This document shows, piece after piece, positions 46,845 through 57,082 of a stretch of DNA of 64,000 bases. Location of the stretch: NCBI GenBank assembly GCA_016927595.1, contig JAFGMI010000017.1:537-64536 (forward strand). The letters run 5' to 3'. The DNA is from Melioribacteraceae bacterium (GTDB lineage: Bacteria > Bacteroidota > Ignavibacteria > Ignavibacteriales > Melioribacteraceae). Position numbers and translations under genes: made by a program. The notes under the pieces were generated by a model. It saw nothing but the letters and a program-made list of their open reading frames with translations. It had not been told where the DNA came from and made no database searches. The number at the start of each line of letters is the position of its first letter. Position 1 is the stretch's first letter.

Positions 46845-47870
46845 ATGACTGAACCAGATTATAAACTGGCAAAGTGGTGGGAGCCTGCAAAAAACGGAAA
46901 AATTCTGTGTACCTTATGTCCTCGCTATTGTACGATTGGTGAAGGGCAGAACGGATTCTGCTATATACGTAAAAATATAAATAATAAGTTGTACTCTATT
47001 GGTTACGGTCGCCCTACAGGATTTGCTATTGATCCGGTAGAGAAAAAGCCGTTGAATCATTTCTTACCCGGGACTGAGATACTCAGCTTCGGAACCGCCG
47101 GTTGCAACCTGGGATGCAAATTCTGCCAGAACTGGACGATGAGTAAAGCAAAGATCGATAATACTAATTCGATTTATGCAACTCCCGAGGATGTTGTTAG
47201 ACTTGCTAAAAAGAACAGAGTACCCTCGATAGCGTATACATATAATGATCCCACAATTTTCGGTGAATATGTAATTGATATTTCGCGGATAGCGCATGAA
47301 GAAGGTATTAAGTCAGTCATGGTTACTGCCGGTTATATAGACAAGAAAGCCAGAAAAGACATATACAAGTATATAGATGCTGCCAATGTTGATCTGAAAG
47401 CTTTTACCGAGACATTTTATCATAAAATAACTTTTTCTCATCTTAACGATGTACTCGATACTTTGTTGTGGCTCTCATATGAAACCAATGTATGGTTAGA
47501 AATAACAACTCTGCTCATACCGGACGAGAATGATTCACCCGATGAAATTAAACGAATGTGCAATTGGATAGTTAATAATCTGGGTGTAAATGTTCCGCTT
47601 CATTTCACTGCTTTTCATCCGGATTTTAAAATGAGAAATAAACCAAGAACTCCTATCACAACTCTGCGGAATGCTTACCGGATCGCGAAAACCGAAGGTA
47701 TAAATTATGTTTATATAGGAAATGTTCACGACATTGAGGGGCAAACAACTTTTTGTCCGAATTGCAAATCACCGGTGATAAAACGCGACTGGCATTCAGT
47801 GTTAACTAATAATGTTGTAAATGGAAGATGTTCAAAATGCGGTGAATTGATCCCGGGTGTGTTTAACTAA
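46845..47870 (+). CDS. AmmeMemoRadiSam-system-type radical SAM enzyme (PFL-activase-like)
   Basis: N-terminal C.LCPR.C.I.EGQ.GFC..R cluster, GCNLGCKFCQNW (CxxxCxxC) and a C-terminal Cys pair (CPNC...CSKCG). It starts 3 nt after the Lon-like stop. Confidence 0.8.
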   Translation: MTEPDYKLAKWWEPAKNGKILCTLCPRYCTIGEGQNGFCYIRKNINNKLYSIGYGRPTGFAIDPVEKKPLNHFLPGTEILSFGTAGCNLGCKFCQNWTMSKAKIDNTNSIYATPEDVVRLAKKNRVPSIAYTYNDPTIFGEYVIDISRIAHEEGIKSVMVTAGYIDKKARKDIYKYIDAANVDLKAFTETFYHKITFSHLNDVLDTLLWLSYETNVWLEITTLLIPDENDSPDEIKRMCNWIVNNLGVNVPLHFTAFHPDFKMRNKPRTPITTLRNAYRIAKTEGINYVYIGNVHDIEGQTTFCPNCKSPVIKRDWHSVLTNNVVNGRCSKCGELIPGVFN

Positions 47871-47884
47871 CGTTTAAAATTCAT

Positions 47885-47918
47885 AAAAAAAAAGACCCGC
47901 GTTCAACGGGTCCTTTTT
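47885..47918. terminator. bidirectional rho-independent terminator between the radical SAM gene and ahcY
   Basis: A-run, GACCCG (47894-47899) / CGGGTC (47907-47912) stem with a 7-nt loop, then CTTTTT. Confidence 0.75.
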
Positions 47919-47925
47919 ATAAATG

Positions 47926-49203
47926 TTATGTTCCGGCACTGTAATCGTCGAGGTATAATTCCTGCTCTCTGGTCAGTTTGTCAATTTTGTAACCCATCGT
48001 CTTCAATTTGATTCCTGCTATTTCCTGATCCTGTTCTTCGGGTATATCATATACATCGGGATTAAGATTAATACCATCTTTATCCCATAAAGCAAGTTTC
48101 AGCTGCGACATAAACTGATTGGCGAATGACATATCCATAACTTCAGACGGATGTCCTTCTGCAGCAGCAAGATTAACCAATCTGCCCTGAGCAAGAAGAT
48201 AAATACGGTTTCCGTTTTTCATCAGGTACTCTTCATTATTAGCCCGAACCGTTCGTTTCGACTTCTTCAGTTTCTCAAGGTCCTGAATGTTTATCTCACA
48301 ATCATAATGACCTGTATTGCAGATGATTGCTCCGTCTTTCATTTTATCGAAATGCTTCTTAATAATTACATCCTTAACACCAGTCGCCGTAATAAAGATA
48401 TCGCCGATTTTTGCTGCCTCGTCCATCTTCATCACACGGTGTCCCTCCAGAGTAGCCTTTAATGCCGTTGTGGGTTTAACTTCAGTCACTATAACATTTG
48501 CTCCCATTCCGGCGGCACGCATTGCAACACCTCTTCCGCAGTGTCCGTATCCGGCTACCACGAAATTCTTACCTGCCATTAGTACGGAAGTTGCTCTTAA
48601 TATACCATCTATTGATGATTGACCCGTTCCGTAAACGTTATCGAAGTCCCACTTCGTTTCAGCATCGTTAACAGCTAGAACGGGGTAGAGGAGCTTTTCA
48701 TCTTTTGCCATTGCTCTCAGTCGGTGAACACCCGTTGTTGTTTCTTCGGTACCTCCGATTATATCATTTGCCAGTTCGGGGAACTTGTTGTGCACTGTAA
48801 AAATGAGATCGGCACCATCGTCAAGAGTGAGGTTAGGTTTCATATCGAGAGTGCGTTCAATAGACCAGTAAAAATCCTTAACGTTCTGTCCGTGCCAAGC
48901 ATAAATTTCGATTCCGTTCTTTGCAAGTGCAGCAGCGATATCATCCTGTGTTGATAAAGGATTGCAGCCGCTCCAGCTCACCTTAGCTCCGGCGGCTTTA
49001 AGTGTTTCAACAAGAACAGCTGTTTCCTTTGTTACATGAAGACAACCTGCAATCTTGTAACCTTTTAACGGTTTGGATGTACTGTATTTCTCTCTAAGCG
49101 ACATCAGTACCGGCATACGGGATTCAGCCCATTCAATCCTTTTACGACCTTCTGCGGCAAGTTTCAGATCTTTAACTTTGTATTTACCTTTTTTATAATC
49201 CAT
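47926..49203 (-). CDS. ahcY: adenosylhomocysteinase
   Basis: 425 aa with the NAD site AGYGHCGRG and DDGAD, plus other typical AhcY motifs. Confidence 0.95.
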   Translation of the reverse strand: MDYKKGKYKVKDLKLAAEGRKRIEWAESRMPVLMSLREKYSTSKPLKGYKIAGCLHVTKETAVLVETLKAAGAKVSWSGCNPLSTQDDIAAALAKNGIEIYAWHGQNVKDFYWSIERTLDMKPNLTLDDGADLIFTVHNKFPELANDIIGGTEETTTGVHRLRAMAKDEKLLYPVLAVNDAETKWDFDNVYGTGQSSIDGILRATSVLMAGKNFVVAGYGHCGRGVAMRAAGMGANVIVTEVKPTTALKATLEGHRVMKMDEAAKIGDIFITATGVKDVIIKKHFDKMKDGAIICNTGHYDCEINIQDLEKLKKSKRTVRANNEEYLMKNGNRIYLLAQGRLVNLAAAEGHPSEVMDMSFANQFMSQLKLALWDKDGINLNPDVYDIPEEQDQEIAGIKLKTMGYKIDKLTREQELYLDDYSAGT

Positions 49204-49226
49204 TATTTGCAGTAACTCCTATATAT

Positions 49227-50363
49227 TTATAAATATTTTTGAAAAGTTTTAACGAGTTCCAATTTTTCCCAGCTGAATTCCTTCCTGCCGAAATGACCGT
49301 AAGAAGAAGTTTTTTGATAAATTGGTTTTAACAGATCAAGTCTTTTAATTATTCCTTTCGGTGTAAGATCAACTTCTTTCATTATAATTTTAGCTATTTC
49401 ATGGTCGGGTAATTTGCCTGTCCCTTTCGTGTCGACATAAACTGAGACCGGTTCAGGAACGCCTATTGCATATGCCAATTGGACCAGGCATTCTTTGGCA
49501 AGTTTTGAAGCCACAACATTTTTTGCTATATGTCTGGCTGCATAAGTTGCACTTCTGTCAACTTTTGAAGGATCCTTACCCGAAAACGCACCGCCTCCGT
49601 GCGGCGCCCAACCGCCGTATGTATCAACAATTATTTTCCTGCCGGTCACTCCGCTGTCCCCGTGAGGCCCGCCTATTTCAAATCGTCCGGTAGGATTAAC
49701 ATGGTACTTTGTATTTTTATCCAGATATTTTTCCGGTATAACCGATTTAATCACATGTTTAATTACATCTTTCTTTATCTGCTTCTGTGTCACATTAGCA
49801 TCATGCTGTGTCGATATAACTACCGTATCAACTCTTAAAGGTTTATTTTTATTATCGTATTCAATCGTAACCTGAGATTTTGAATCGGGTCTGAGATAGG
49901 GCATTAAACTGTTATTCTTTTTTCTTATATCGGTTAGTTTTTTAACCAGTTTGTGCGCATATACTATAGGCATCGGCATATACTCAGGAGTTTGATCGCA
50001 GGCATATCCGAACATAATGCCCTGATCTCCCGCGCCACCGGTATCAACACCCATTGCTATGTCCGGTGACTGTGAATGAATTGCGTTAAGTACGCCGCAT
50101 GACTCAGAATCAAATTTATATTCCGCCTTGGTGTAACCTATTTTCCTGATTGTATTTCTGACTACACTTTCAACATCGATATAAGCTTTTGTTGTCACTT
50201 CGCCTCCTACAACAACCAGTCCTGTTGTAACAAAGGTTTCGCATGCAACACGTGCTTTCGGATCTTCAGCAAAAATTGCATCCAGTACACCGTCCGATAT
50301 TGCATCACAGACTTTGTCGGGATGACCTTCAGATACGGATTCGGATGTGAATAAATATGACAT
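49227..50363 (-). CDS. metK: S-adenosylmethionine synthetase
   Basis: [19 protein letters not shown] and GGGAFSGKD motifs. The ATG at 50363 is preceded by AGGAGA. The track start 50384 adds 7 residues. Confidence 0.95.
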   Translation of the reverse strand: MSYLFTSESVSEGHPDKVCDAISDGVLDAIFAEDPKARVACETFVTTGLVVVGGEVTTKAYIDVESVVRNTIRKIGYTKAEYKFDSESCGVLNAIHSQSPDIAMGVDTGGAGDQGIMFGYACDQTPEYMPMPIVYAHKLVKKLTDIRKKNNSLMPYLRPDSKSQVTIEYDNKNKPLRVDTVVISTQHDANVTQKQIKKDVIKHVIKSVIPEKYLDKNTKYHVNPTGRFEIGGPHGDSGVTGRKIIVDTYGGWAPHGGGAFSGKDPSKVDRSATYAARHIAKNVVASKLAKECLVQLAYAIGVPEPVSVYVDTKGTGKLPDHEIAKIIMKEVDLTPKGIIKRLDLLKPIYQKTSSYGHFGRKEFSWEKLELVKTFQKYL

Positions 50364-50384
50364 CTTTTCTCCTGTAATAATCAA

Positions 50385-51362
50385 TTAATAAAATTCGATT
50401 TCCGACGAATCGCCGGCGTTCAGTTTTTGAAAACTTCCTTTAATCACCGCGCTGCTGCCTATTATTGAATTCTCCAGCATCGATTTTTCAACAACAGCAT
50501 TTTCACTTATTATTGAATTTTTAATTATGGAGTTTTTCACAACGCTTCCTTCGGCTATAGTTGTATATGGTCCAATTATAGAACTTTCGACGATAGCATT
50601 TTTTGCAATATAAACCGGATCGTTAATAACTACTCCGTTAATTTTTCTGTTTGTGCCGCTCCTTGTAAGAAGAAACTGATTTGTTTCCAAAAGTGTTTCC
50701 GGCTTACCACAGTCGTACCAGCCCTCTATAGGGAAAGTGCTTATTTTCTCACCTTTTTCTATCATCATCTGAAGTGCATCTGTCAGTTGATACTCGCCTC
50801 TTGTCCTAATTTCCTTATCCATTAATTCGTTCAAACATTCCTTAAGGAGTGGTGCGTTTTTGATACAATACAATCCCACAAGTGCCAGTTTTGAAACAGG
50901 TTTCTGGGGCTTTTCCACCAGTTTAGTAATGAAATTATTTTCAACTACTGCAACTCCGAATCTCCTTGGGTCATCAACTTCCTTTACCCCCAGACTGGTA
51001 GTTGCTGAACCAAATACCTTCGTCAAATCAACATCAAAAATAGTATCTCCCAGTGCGATAAAAATATTATCATCTTCAATCGTCGGGAGAGCTGTATGAA
51101 TTGCATGACCAAGACCAAGCATTTCTTTTTGCTCTACGAACTGGCTTTGTAAATTCGGATAATTACTTTTTACGAATGATTCAATTTTGTTGCCAAGATG
51201 ACCGATGATAAATGTGGCTTTGTCAACGCCTGCTTTAATTAGCTCATCAATTATGTGAGCAAGCATTGGTTTGCCCCCGACATTAAGTAATACCTTCGGA
51301 ACTGAATGTGTATGAGGTTTTAATCTTGTGCCGAATCCCGCAACTGGTATGATCGCCCGCAT
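50385..51362 (-). CDS. sugar-phosphate nucleotidyltransferase with C-terminal left-handed beta-helix (G1P thymidylyl/uridylyltransferase-like)
   Basis: MRAIIPVAGFGTRLKP....PK.LL.V.GKP N-terminal signature and a hexapeptide-repeat tail. Confidence 0.8.
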   Translation of the reverse strand: MRAIIPVAGFGTRLKPHTHSVPKVLLNVGGKPMLAHIIDELIKAGVDKATFIIGHLGNKIESFVKSNYPNLQSQFVEQKEMLGLGHAIHTALPTIEDDNIFIALGDTIFDVDLTKVFGSATTSLGVKEVDDPRRFGVAVVENNFITKLVEKPQKPVSKLALVGLYCIKNAPLLKECLNELMDKEIRTRGEYQLTDALQMMIEKGEKISTFPIEGWYDCGKPETLLETNQFLLTRSGTNRKINGVVINDPVYIAKNAIVESSIIGPYTTIAEGSVVKNSIIKNSIISENAVVEKSMLENSIIGSSAVIKGSFQKLNAGDSSEIEFY

Positions 51363-51476
51363 ATTCTAACTTATTGTTATTAAAAGAATTATAAAGTTAA
51401 ATAATAGCTCTGCCTTTTCCAAACAGTTGATATAAATTGATGTTATGTTTACTATTGCTTAAAAGAAATATTCTAT

Positions 51477-52415
51477 ATGATGAAGAACAACCGCATAACA
51501 AAACTATTCAATATTCAGTATCCTATAATTCAGGCGGGAATGGTCTGGGTCTCGGGCTGGAAACTAGCTTCCACAGTTTCAGCTAAAGGCGGTCTGGGTC
51601 TTATCGGATCCGGATCGATGAAACCTGATTTGTTGAGAGAACATATTACGAAATGCAAAGCCGCATCTTCAAAGCCCTTCGGCATTAATATACCGCTTCT
51701 CAGAGGCGATGCGATAGATTTGATTAAAGTTGTAATAGCCGAAGGCATTAAAATCGTGTTTACTTCTGCAGGTCATCCGGGGAAATATATCGATGAGTTA
51801 AAGACCAGCAATATAACGGTAGTTCATGTTGTAGCTAATGTTAAACAGGGATTAAAAGCGCAATCGGTTGGCTGTGATGCGGTTGTCGGTGAAGGAGTTG
51901 AAGCCGGGGGTCATAATGGTCCGGATGAAATCACAACATTCTGTCTCATTCCCCAACTGGCAGATGAACTTAATATACCGGTAATAGCGGCGGGCGGAAT
52001 TGCAGACGGTCGCGGAATGGCAGCTGCTTTTTCACTTGGTGCAGAAGGTGTTCAGATTGGTACGCGCTTCGCTGCAACAGTTGAATCATCGGCGCATCCG
52101 GAATATAAAAAGAGCATCGTTAATGCATCGGATACCGATACTGTTCTGATTCTTAAAAAGATTGGGATGGCGAGAATGATTAAAAATATTTTCAGTGATG
52201 AAGTTCTTAAAATGGAAAAAGACGGTGCTGATGATATTATACTCAGGGAAAAACTCGGACATAAAAGAGAAATGACCGGGATTTTTGAAGGCAATAAAGA
52301 ACAGGGGATAATGGAAGCGGGACAGGCATCAGGCTTGATTAAAGATATTCCTTCTGCCGGTGAATTGTTTGACAGACTGATTGCAGAATATAATTCTGTA
52401 AGGGAAAAATTATGA
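51477..52415 (+). CDS. nitronate monooxygenase / FabK-like FMN oxidoreductase
   Basis: YPIIQAGM.WVS...LA..VS..GGLG.IG, GEG.EAGGH and AAGGI.DGRG motifs. Confidence 0.8.
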   Translation: MMKNNRITKLFNIQYPIIQAGMVWVSGWKLASTVSAKGGLGLIGSGSMKPDLLREHITKCKAASSKPFGINIPLLRGDAIDLIKVVIAEGIKIVFTSAGHPGKYIDELKTSNITVVHVVANVKQGLKAQSVGCDAVVGEGVEAGGHNGPDEITTFCLIPQLADELNIPVIAAGGIADGRGMAAAFSLGAEGVQIGTRFAATVESSAHPEYKKSIVNASDTDTVLILKKIGMARMIKNIFSDEVLKMEKDGADDIILREKLGHKREMTGIFEGNKEQGIMEAGQASGLIKDIPSAGELFDRLIAEYNSVREKL

Positions 52416-52523
52416 ATCAGTTTATGCTAATAAAGTCCAGACTTGGAAAAATTAAATAAGTGTTATATTTAACGCAGTAAATTTTTGTCAGCTTTTTTAC
52501 AATATATAAACGGAGATAATTCA

Positions 52524-52973
52524 ATGTACGGTGTAATTGTAACAATACATATATTACTCGCAGGAATATGGCTCACTAATATTCTTATTCAATTAATTAT
52601 GAAACCTGCAAGGGTTAGCGAAGAAAAATCCAAAACCGCTCTTTATTTGCAGTATACTAATTTAGCAGGTATGATAGGAGCAATCGGAATATTATTAACC
52701 GGGATTTATCTGGTTATCAGTAATCCGGCATATAATTTTTTCCAGTTTAACGCGAATCACTGGTTAACATCTAAACAGATCGTAATGGTTGCGATACTAA
52801 TAATTGTAGCTGTAGTTGTTATTCCGACCGGGAAAAAGATTCGTGCATCTATCGATGGAAATGATGCGGGTATTGCAGGTGTGCTGTTTGCAAAACTCGA
52901 CAAGTATGGATGGGTAATAAATGTTCTTGTAGTGCTTAATATTCTCTTTGCGCTTAGCAGAAGATTCATGTAG
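52524..52973 (+). CDS. small 4-TM membrane protein, unknown function
   Basis: Track ORF 52485..52973. The ATG at 52524 gives MYGVIVTIHILLAGIWL... with four hydrophobic helices. Confidence 0.5.
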   Translation: MYGVIVTIHILLAGIWLTNILIQLIMKPARVSEEKSKTALYLQYTNLAGMIGAIGILLTGIYLVISNPAYNFFQFNANHWLTSKQIVMVAILIIVAVVVIPTGKKIRASIDGNDAGIAGVLFAKLDKYGWVINVLVVLNILFALSRRFM

Positions 52974-52979
52974 TAATCT

Positions 52980-53003
52980 GCGGATGTTTTCATCCGCATT
53001 TTT
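52980..53003 (+). terminator. rho-independent terminator
   Basis: GCGGATG (52980-52986) - TTTT - CATCCGC (52991-52997), followed by ATTTTT. Confidence 0.65.
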
Positions 53004-56000
53004 CTATTTCACTAAAACCATTTTCCGTATTGCTCTGTAATTTCCGGTTGAAAGCTGATACATGTAAACACCGGAGGAAAATTTTGATGCATCAAACTTA
53101 ATACTGTAAGTTCCCGGATTCTGCTTTTCATCAATTAATGTTTGAAGCTTTCTTCCAAGAACGTCGTATATCACCAGTTTAACATTCACCCCATATGCGC
53201 CACCGTCGAAATTGCGGGGTATCGTATACTCGATCGTTGTAAGAGGATTGAATGGATTAGGGTAATTTTGTTCAAGTACAAATTCGGACGGAGTTGATGA
53301 AATGATTTCATCAAGCATTGTCCTGAGCTGTTCCTTTGTACCAATAAGTAGTGTTAGTTTTAAAATTTGTGACTTTTCGATTTCAAGCAATTCTTGCTCG
53401 TTTATCAACCGCCCGTTTTCATCTGTGATTAAGTATTTTATCCCTGAAGGCAGACCATGTACCTCTAACTCGATACTGAATTTATTATTACTCACAGATT
53501 CCACAATCATATCCCATTTCCCATAATATTCACCATTAGTACGGGCGACGTAATATTTTTTCCGCTCGCTGTCCTGTAGATACAGTTCCAAATGTGCGTC
53601 TGGTTCTTTCAGTTTATTATATAGAAAATGACTCGGAGCAGATTTATTCAAAACATTGTTTTTTTGTCCTGCAATAAAAATTTCATCTTTCTCTCTGCCT
53701 GCAGATGTCTGAACCCGGATATACCAGTCAGAGTCAGATATTACCTTCGGGAATAGTGAAGGATAATATTCGCCGAATGTTTTCAGTTTAATCCTGCCGA
53801 TTTCCGGAGGCAGAAAATATCCTTCACCCGGTCGCATTATATTCGTCAATCTGAATGCTTTTGCTTCGGTATCATATCTATATAAAACGGCTGCAGTATC
53901 AACCTCCGTTTCAAATGTATACGGACTTGAGATTGGTTTCCAGTCACCTGTTTTAAACTCTATTATATTTTCGGTCAACTTTCTTGTAGTTATAGTGTTA
54001 TTATATCTGTAAGCCAGATTAAATTGTTTCATTACCGACTGTGCGATGAAATAGGCTTTCCGGCTTTCAATAAATTTTTCTGTGAATAATCCGTATTCAT
54101 ATGAATCGGAATCAAAGCCGTAAACTATCCACTGGCCGTCTTCCATTTTGTTCAATCCCCCGAGATCGTTAAATACGGAATCGGATTGAACTCTTTCAAA
54201 CGGGTATCCGAATAAAACCCAGTTCACATCAGCTTTCAGAGCGTCTTCAGCCGGAATTGATTCCGGGACCAAAATGTCGGCTGTGCGGAAATTGTTTTCA
54301 GCAACCTGAACATCTATAAAATCAAAAACTATCACCGAATCTATCGGTTGAGACTGATATCCTTTTGTAAATATCTCTCCAATTAAAACAAGCCCGTTTG
54401 AATTGACTTCGTTAAATGGAATTATAAGTTGTCCGCCTGATGATGGAAGTGCCTGTTTTTTCTTCCCCGGACCGCCTTTATAATAACCAATTCTAAATCC
54501 GATGTTGTCCTCATCATTAAACAGATTGATGAAATTGTTTGTCTGGATAGATGTGCCCGAAGGTACAATAAAACTGTTTAATGCTTCTTCGAGGCTTATG
54601 CCGTTAAATCTTATTCCAGCCTTTATTGTATTTGAGACTGCGGCACTGTCGTATAAACCTTGTAATGCAATCTTCAAGGGCTTTTCCGCAGCCGCATTGT
54701 GATTAATTACTAATGTATCGATGTTTAATTCATCAAGGTTCGGTGTCATGTACTGGATGGTTATACTTGTGGTATCACCGGGCTTCAGCTTAAATTTGGA
54801 TCTTTCCCCGTTAATAAGTCTGAAATAGTTTTCCGTGAAGGACACATCATAATCAATATTATACTTACCGTCGTTACGGATTAATATTTTCTGCTTGCCG
54901 TCCAAAACAGATTTAAATATTTTTGATTCAACCTGCTTAAACTGGGCAATAGTACTACCCGAAAAATTTCCACCTTTACCTAAACCTATTAAGTTAACCG
55001 CTATATTTCTTTTGGGATAAGAGTTGGTATTAAAAACTAATACTGCTTTGTTGCTGTCAGGTTTTACGGGGTTGAAGTTCACCTGGATCTCAACGGTATC
55101 ATCAGGATTTATTGTTTCGATTTCGGTTAACAATTTGAAAGCTTTGTGTTCGTCTCCTTCAAATGAGACGTTATTTATTTTAAGCGGGATGTTTCCATTG
55201 TTGAACAGACTTATTGATTTTGTTCTGCCGACAGAAGAGAGGGTTGAATCAAATTTCAATTCATTCACATCACTTCCGCCTATGGCTTCCGATACTTTTA
55301 TATTAAGAGGAATATTAATTGTATCTGCATTACCTTCATAAGAAAAGGGAATAGCCATAAAACCACTGACTATTCCGGTATCGACGCCGGCTGTATCAAC
55401 AAGTATATAAATATTCCCGGATTCCGAAGCTTGAAGAACTTCACTTTGAGGTGTAACCGAAAAGAGTGTATTTGGTTCTATAAAAAGACCTGATAACACA
55501 ATCTCATTTTGCGAGGAATTAAAGATTGAAATTTCAGTCAGTGTATCTGATAAGTTGTTTGAGAAGTCTAAATGATAATTAATATAAGAAACGTTGGATG
55601 AGAGTATTGTAGTATTGATAATATGTACTTCAGTCCAGTCGCTTAAACTGTTTTGTCTGCCGAGAGCTCTGACTTTCCAGAAATAAGTTTTGCCGCTTTC
55701 AAGGCTGGATACAGTAACTATCGTATCGCGGCTTATTCTGCTTAGAATGATTTCTTTGAACGATGAATCACCGGCGAATTCGAAGTTGTATGTCTGAGCC
55801 GACTCAACGTTATTCCACCTGAATTCAGTACTGCCTGTTAATATAGATGTTGTCTTCCGATGTGAAAGAATAACCGGAGTTTTAAGCTTCGTTGTAAATT
55901 TATACTTAGCCGACCAGCTGCTTGTATCACCGAAATTATTTCTGCTGTTTACGCGCCAGTAATATTCGGAGTTGTATTCGAGAGCAGATACTATTATACT

Positions 56001-57068
56001 TGACTCATCCTCATATGTATCTGAAACAATCTCTCTGAACAGACTGTCTTTCGCAATTTGAACTCTGTATGAATGGAACTGAAATGTTGGAGTCCATTTT
56101 AACTCAGCATCGGGGTCAATATTTATGGAATTATTTTCAGGTTCGGTCAGAACCGGCTCGTGCAGTTTTGTTTTAAACTCGAATACCAGTGAAAAATTGC
56201 TTGTGTCGCCGAATGTATTTCTCGATTTTACTCTCCAATAATATGTCGTATCGTTTGACAGTGATGAAATTCTGATTTCATTATAAACTGTAGATGTATC
56301 AGCAATTAAAATTGCTTGCCGAAAATCTTTATCGAGTGCCAGTTGAAAATCGTAAATCCCGGCAGAGGAAACCTTGTTCCATCTGAATATAATCGATGTA
56401 TCGTTGTTGCTGCTGTAATTCGAGGGGAATATTAATTGAGGCTTTCCCAGCATGGTTTTAAATGAAAATACATCTGACCATTCCCCTGGATATCCGTCGG
56501 CATTAAATGGTTTAACGCGCCAAAAGTGTAAGTGCCCCGGTTCAAGGTTTGTAAGTTCCTCAAAATTATTATCAGCAAACACATTGCGGATTGTATCTGC
56601 GAAATCAGGATCGTACGATAATTGCAAATTATACGATGCGTTTGCAGAATCGCTGTTCCAGACAAATAAAACCACTGCTGTTTCAAGATTGTTGCTTTCA
56701 TTTTCTGGTTGCTGAAGCAGCACCGGTCTGGCAGCACCGGTAGTCTTAAATTTCCATATATCGGACCATGGTGCCGAAGAACTGTTAATTCTTACTCTCC
56801 AGTAATAGTTAGAGTTCTGATTGAGATCAGAAATTACTGTCGATTCTGAGGTGCTTATTTGATCAGCGACAATATCAGCAGCCGAAAAGGCAATATCTGT
56901 CGACACCTGTATTTGAAAAGAATTGGCTTCATCAATCGAAAACCATTTGAGAACGAGTTTTTCACTTTTCACGTAAGTTTCATTATTCGCAGGGGACAAG
57001 AGGTAAGGCTGCTGCTGTGCCAGTAAATCCAGGCTTATTATTGTTAACAGTAATAAAAATTTTTTCAT
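53004..57068 (-). CDS. 1354-aa secreted multidomain protein: five FN3-like repeats, PapD/ASH-like Ig domain(s), C-terminal T9SS type-A sorting domain
   Basis: Signal peptide MKKFLLLLTIISLDLLAQ, then five ~93-aa repeats each ending ...YYWRV......WS....FKT. A choice-of-anchor-D/ASH-like segment follows (LKFDST...G..K..S..L.N.GN.PL.I....). The tail is QNYPNPFNPLTTIEY...VKLVIYDVLGR...SGVYMYQL. Confidence 0.85.
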   Translation of the reverse strand: MKKFLLLLTIISLDLLAQQQPYLLSPANNETYVKSEKLVLKWFSIDEANSFQIQVSTDIAFSAADIVADQISTSESTVISDLNQNSNYYWRVRINSSSAPWSDIWKFKTTGAARPVLLQQPENESNNLETAVVLFVWNSDSANASYNLQLSYDPDFADTIRNVFADNNFEELTNLEPGHLHFWRVKPFNADGYPGEWSDVFSFKTMLGKPQLIFPSNYSSNNDTSIIFRWNKVSSAGIYDFQLALDKDFRQAILIADTSTVYNEIRISSLSNDTTYYWRVKSRNTFGDTSNFSLVFEFKTKLHEPVLTEPENNSINIDPDAELKWTPTFQFHSYRVQIAKDSLFREIVSDTYEDESSIIVSALEYNSEYYWRVNSRNNFGDTSSWSAKYKFTTKLKTPVILSHRKTTSILTGSTEFRWNNVESAQTYNFEFAGDSSFKEIILSRISRDTIVTVSSLESGKTYFWKVRALGRQNSLSDWTEVHIINTTILSSNVSYINYHLDFSNNLSDTLTEISIFNSSQNEIVLSGLFIEPNTLFSVTPQSEVLQASESGNIYILVDTAGVDTGIVSGFMAIPFSYEGNADTINIPLNIKVSEAIGGSDVNELKFDSTLSSVGRTKSISLFNNGNIPLKINNVSFEGDEHKAFKLLTEIETINPDDTVEIQVNFNPVKPDSNKAVLVFNTNSYPKRNIAVNLIGLGKGGNFSGSTIAQFKQVESKIFKSVLDGKQKILIRNDGKYNIDYDVSFTENYFRLINGERSKFKLKPGDTTSITIQYMTPNLDELNIDTLVINHNAAAEKPLKIALQGLYDSAAVSNTIKAGIRFNGISLEEALNSFIVPSGTSIQTNNFINLFNDEDNIGFRIGYYKGGPGKKKQALPSSGGQLIIPFNEVNSNGLVLIGEIFTKGYQSQPIDSVIVFDFIDVQVAENNFRTADILVPESIPAEDALKADVNWVLFGYPFERVQSDSVFNDLGGLNKMEDGQWIVYGFDSDSYEYGLFTEKFIESRKAYFIAQSVMKQFNLAYRYNNTITTRKLTENIIEFKTGDWKPISSPYTFETEVDTAAVLYRYDTEAKAFRLTNIMRPGEGYFLPPEIGRIKLKTFGEYYPSLFPKVISDSDWYIRVQTSAGREKDEIFIAGQKNNVLNKSAPSHFLYNKLKEPDAHLELYLQDSERKKYYVARTNGEYYGKWDMIVESVSNNKFSIELEVHGLPSGIKYLITDENGRLINEQELLEIEKSQILKLTLLIGTKEQLRTMLDEIISSTPSEFVLEQNYPNPFNPLTTIEYTIPRNFDGGAYGVNVKLVIYDVLGRKLQTLIDEKQNPGTYSIKFDASKFSSGVYMYQLSTGNYRAIRKMVLVK

Positions 57069-57082
57069 TAAACTCAGTCCGT

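Noticed and set aside
49204-50384. Looked for SAM-I/SAM-II/SAH riboswitches in front of metK and ahcY
   Set aside because: The spacers are only 21 and 23 nt, so no structured leader can fit.
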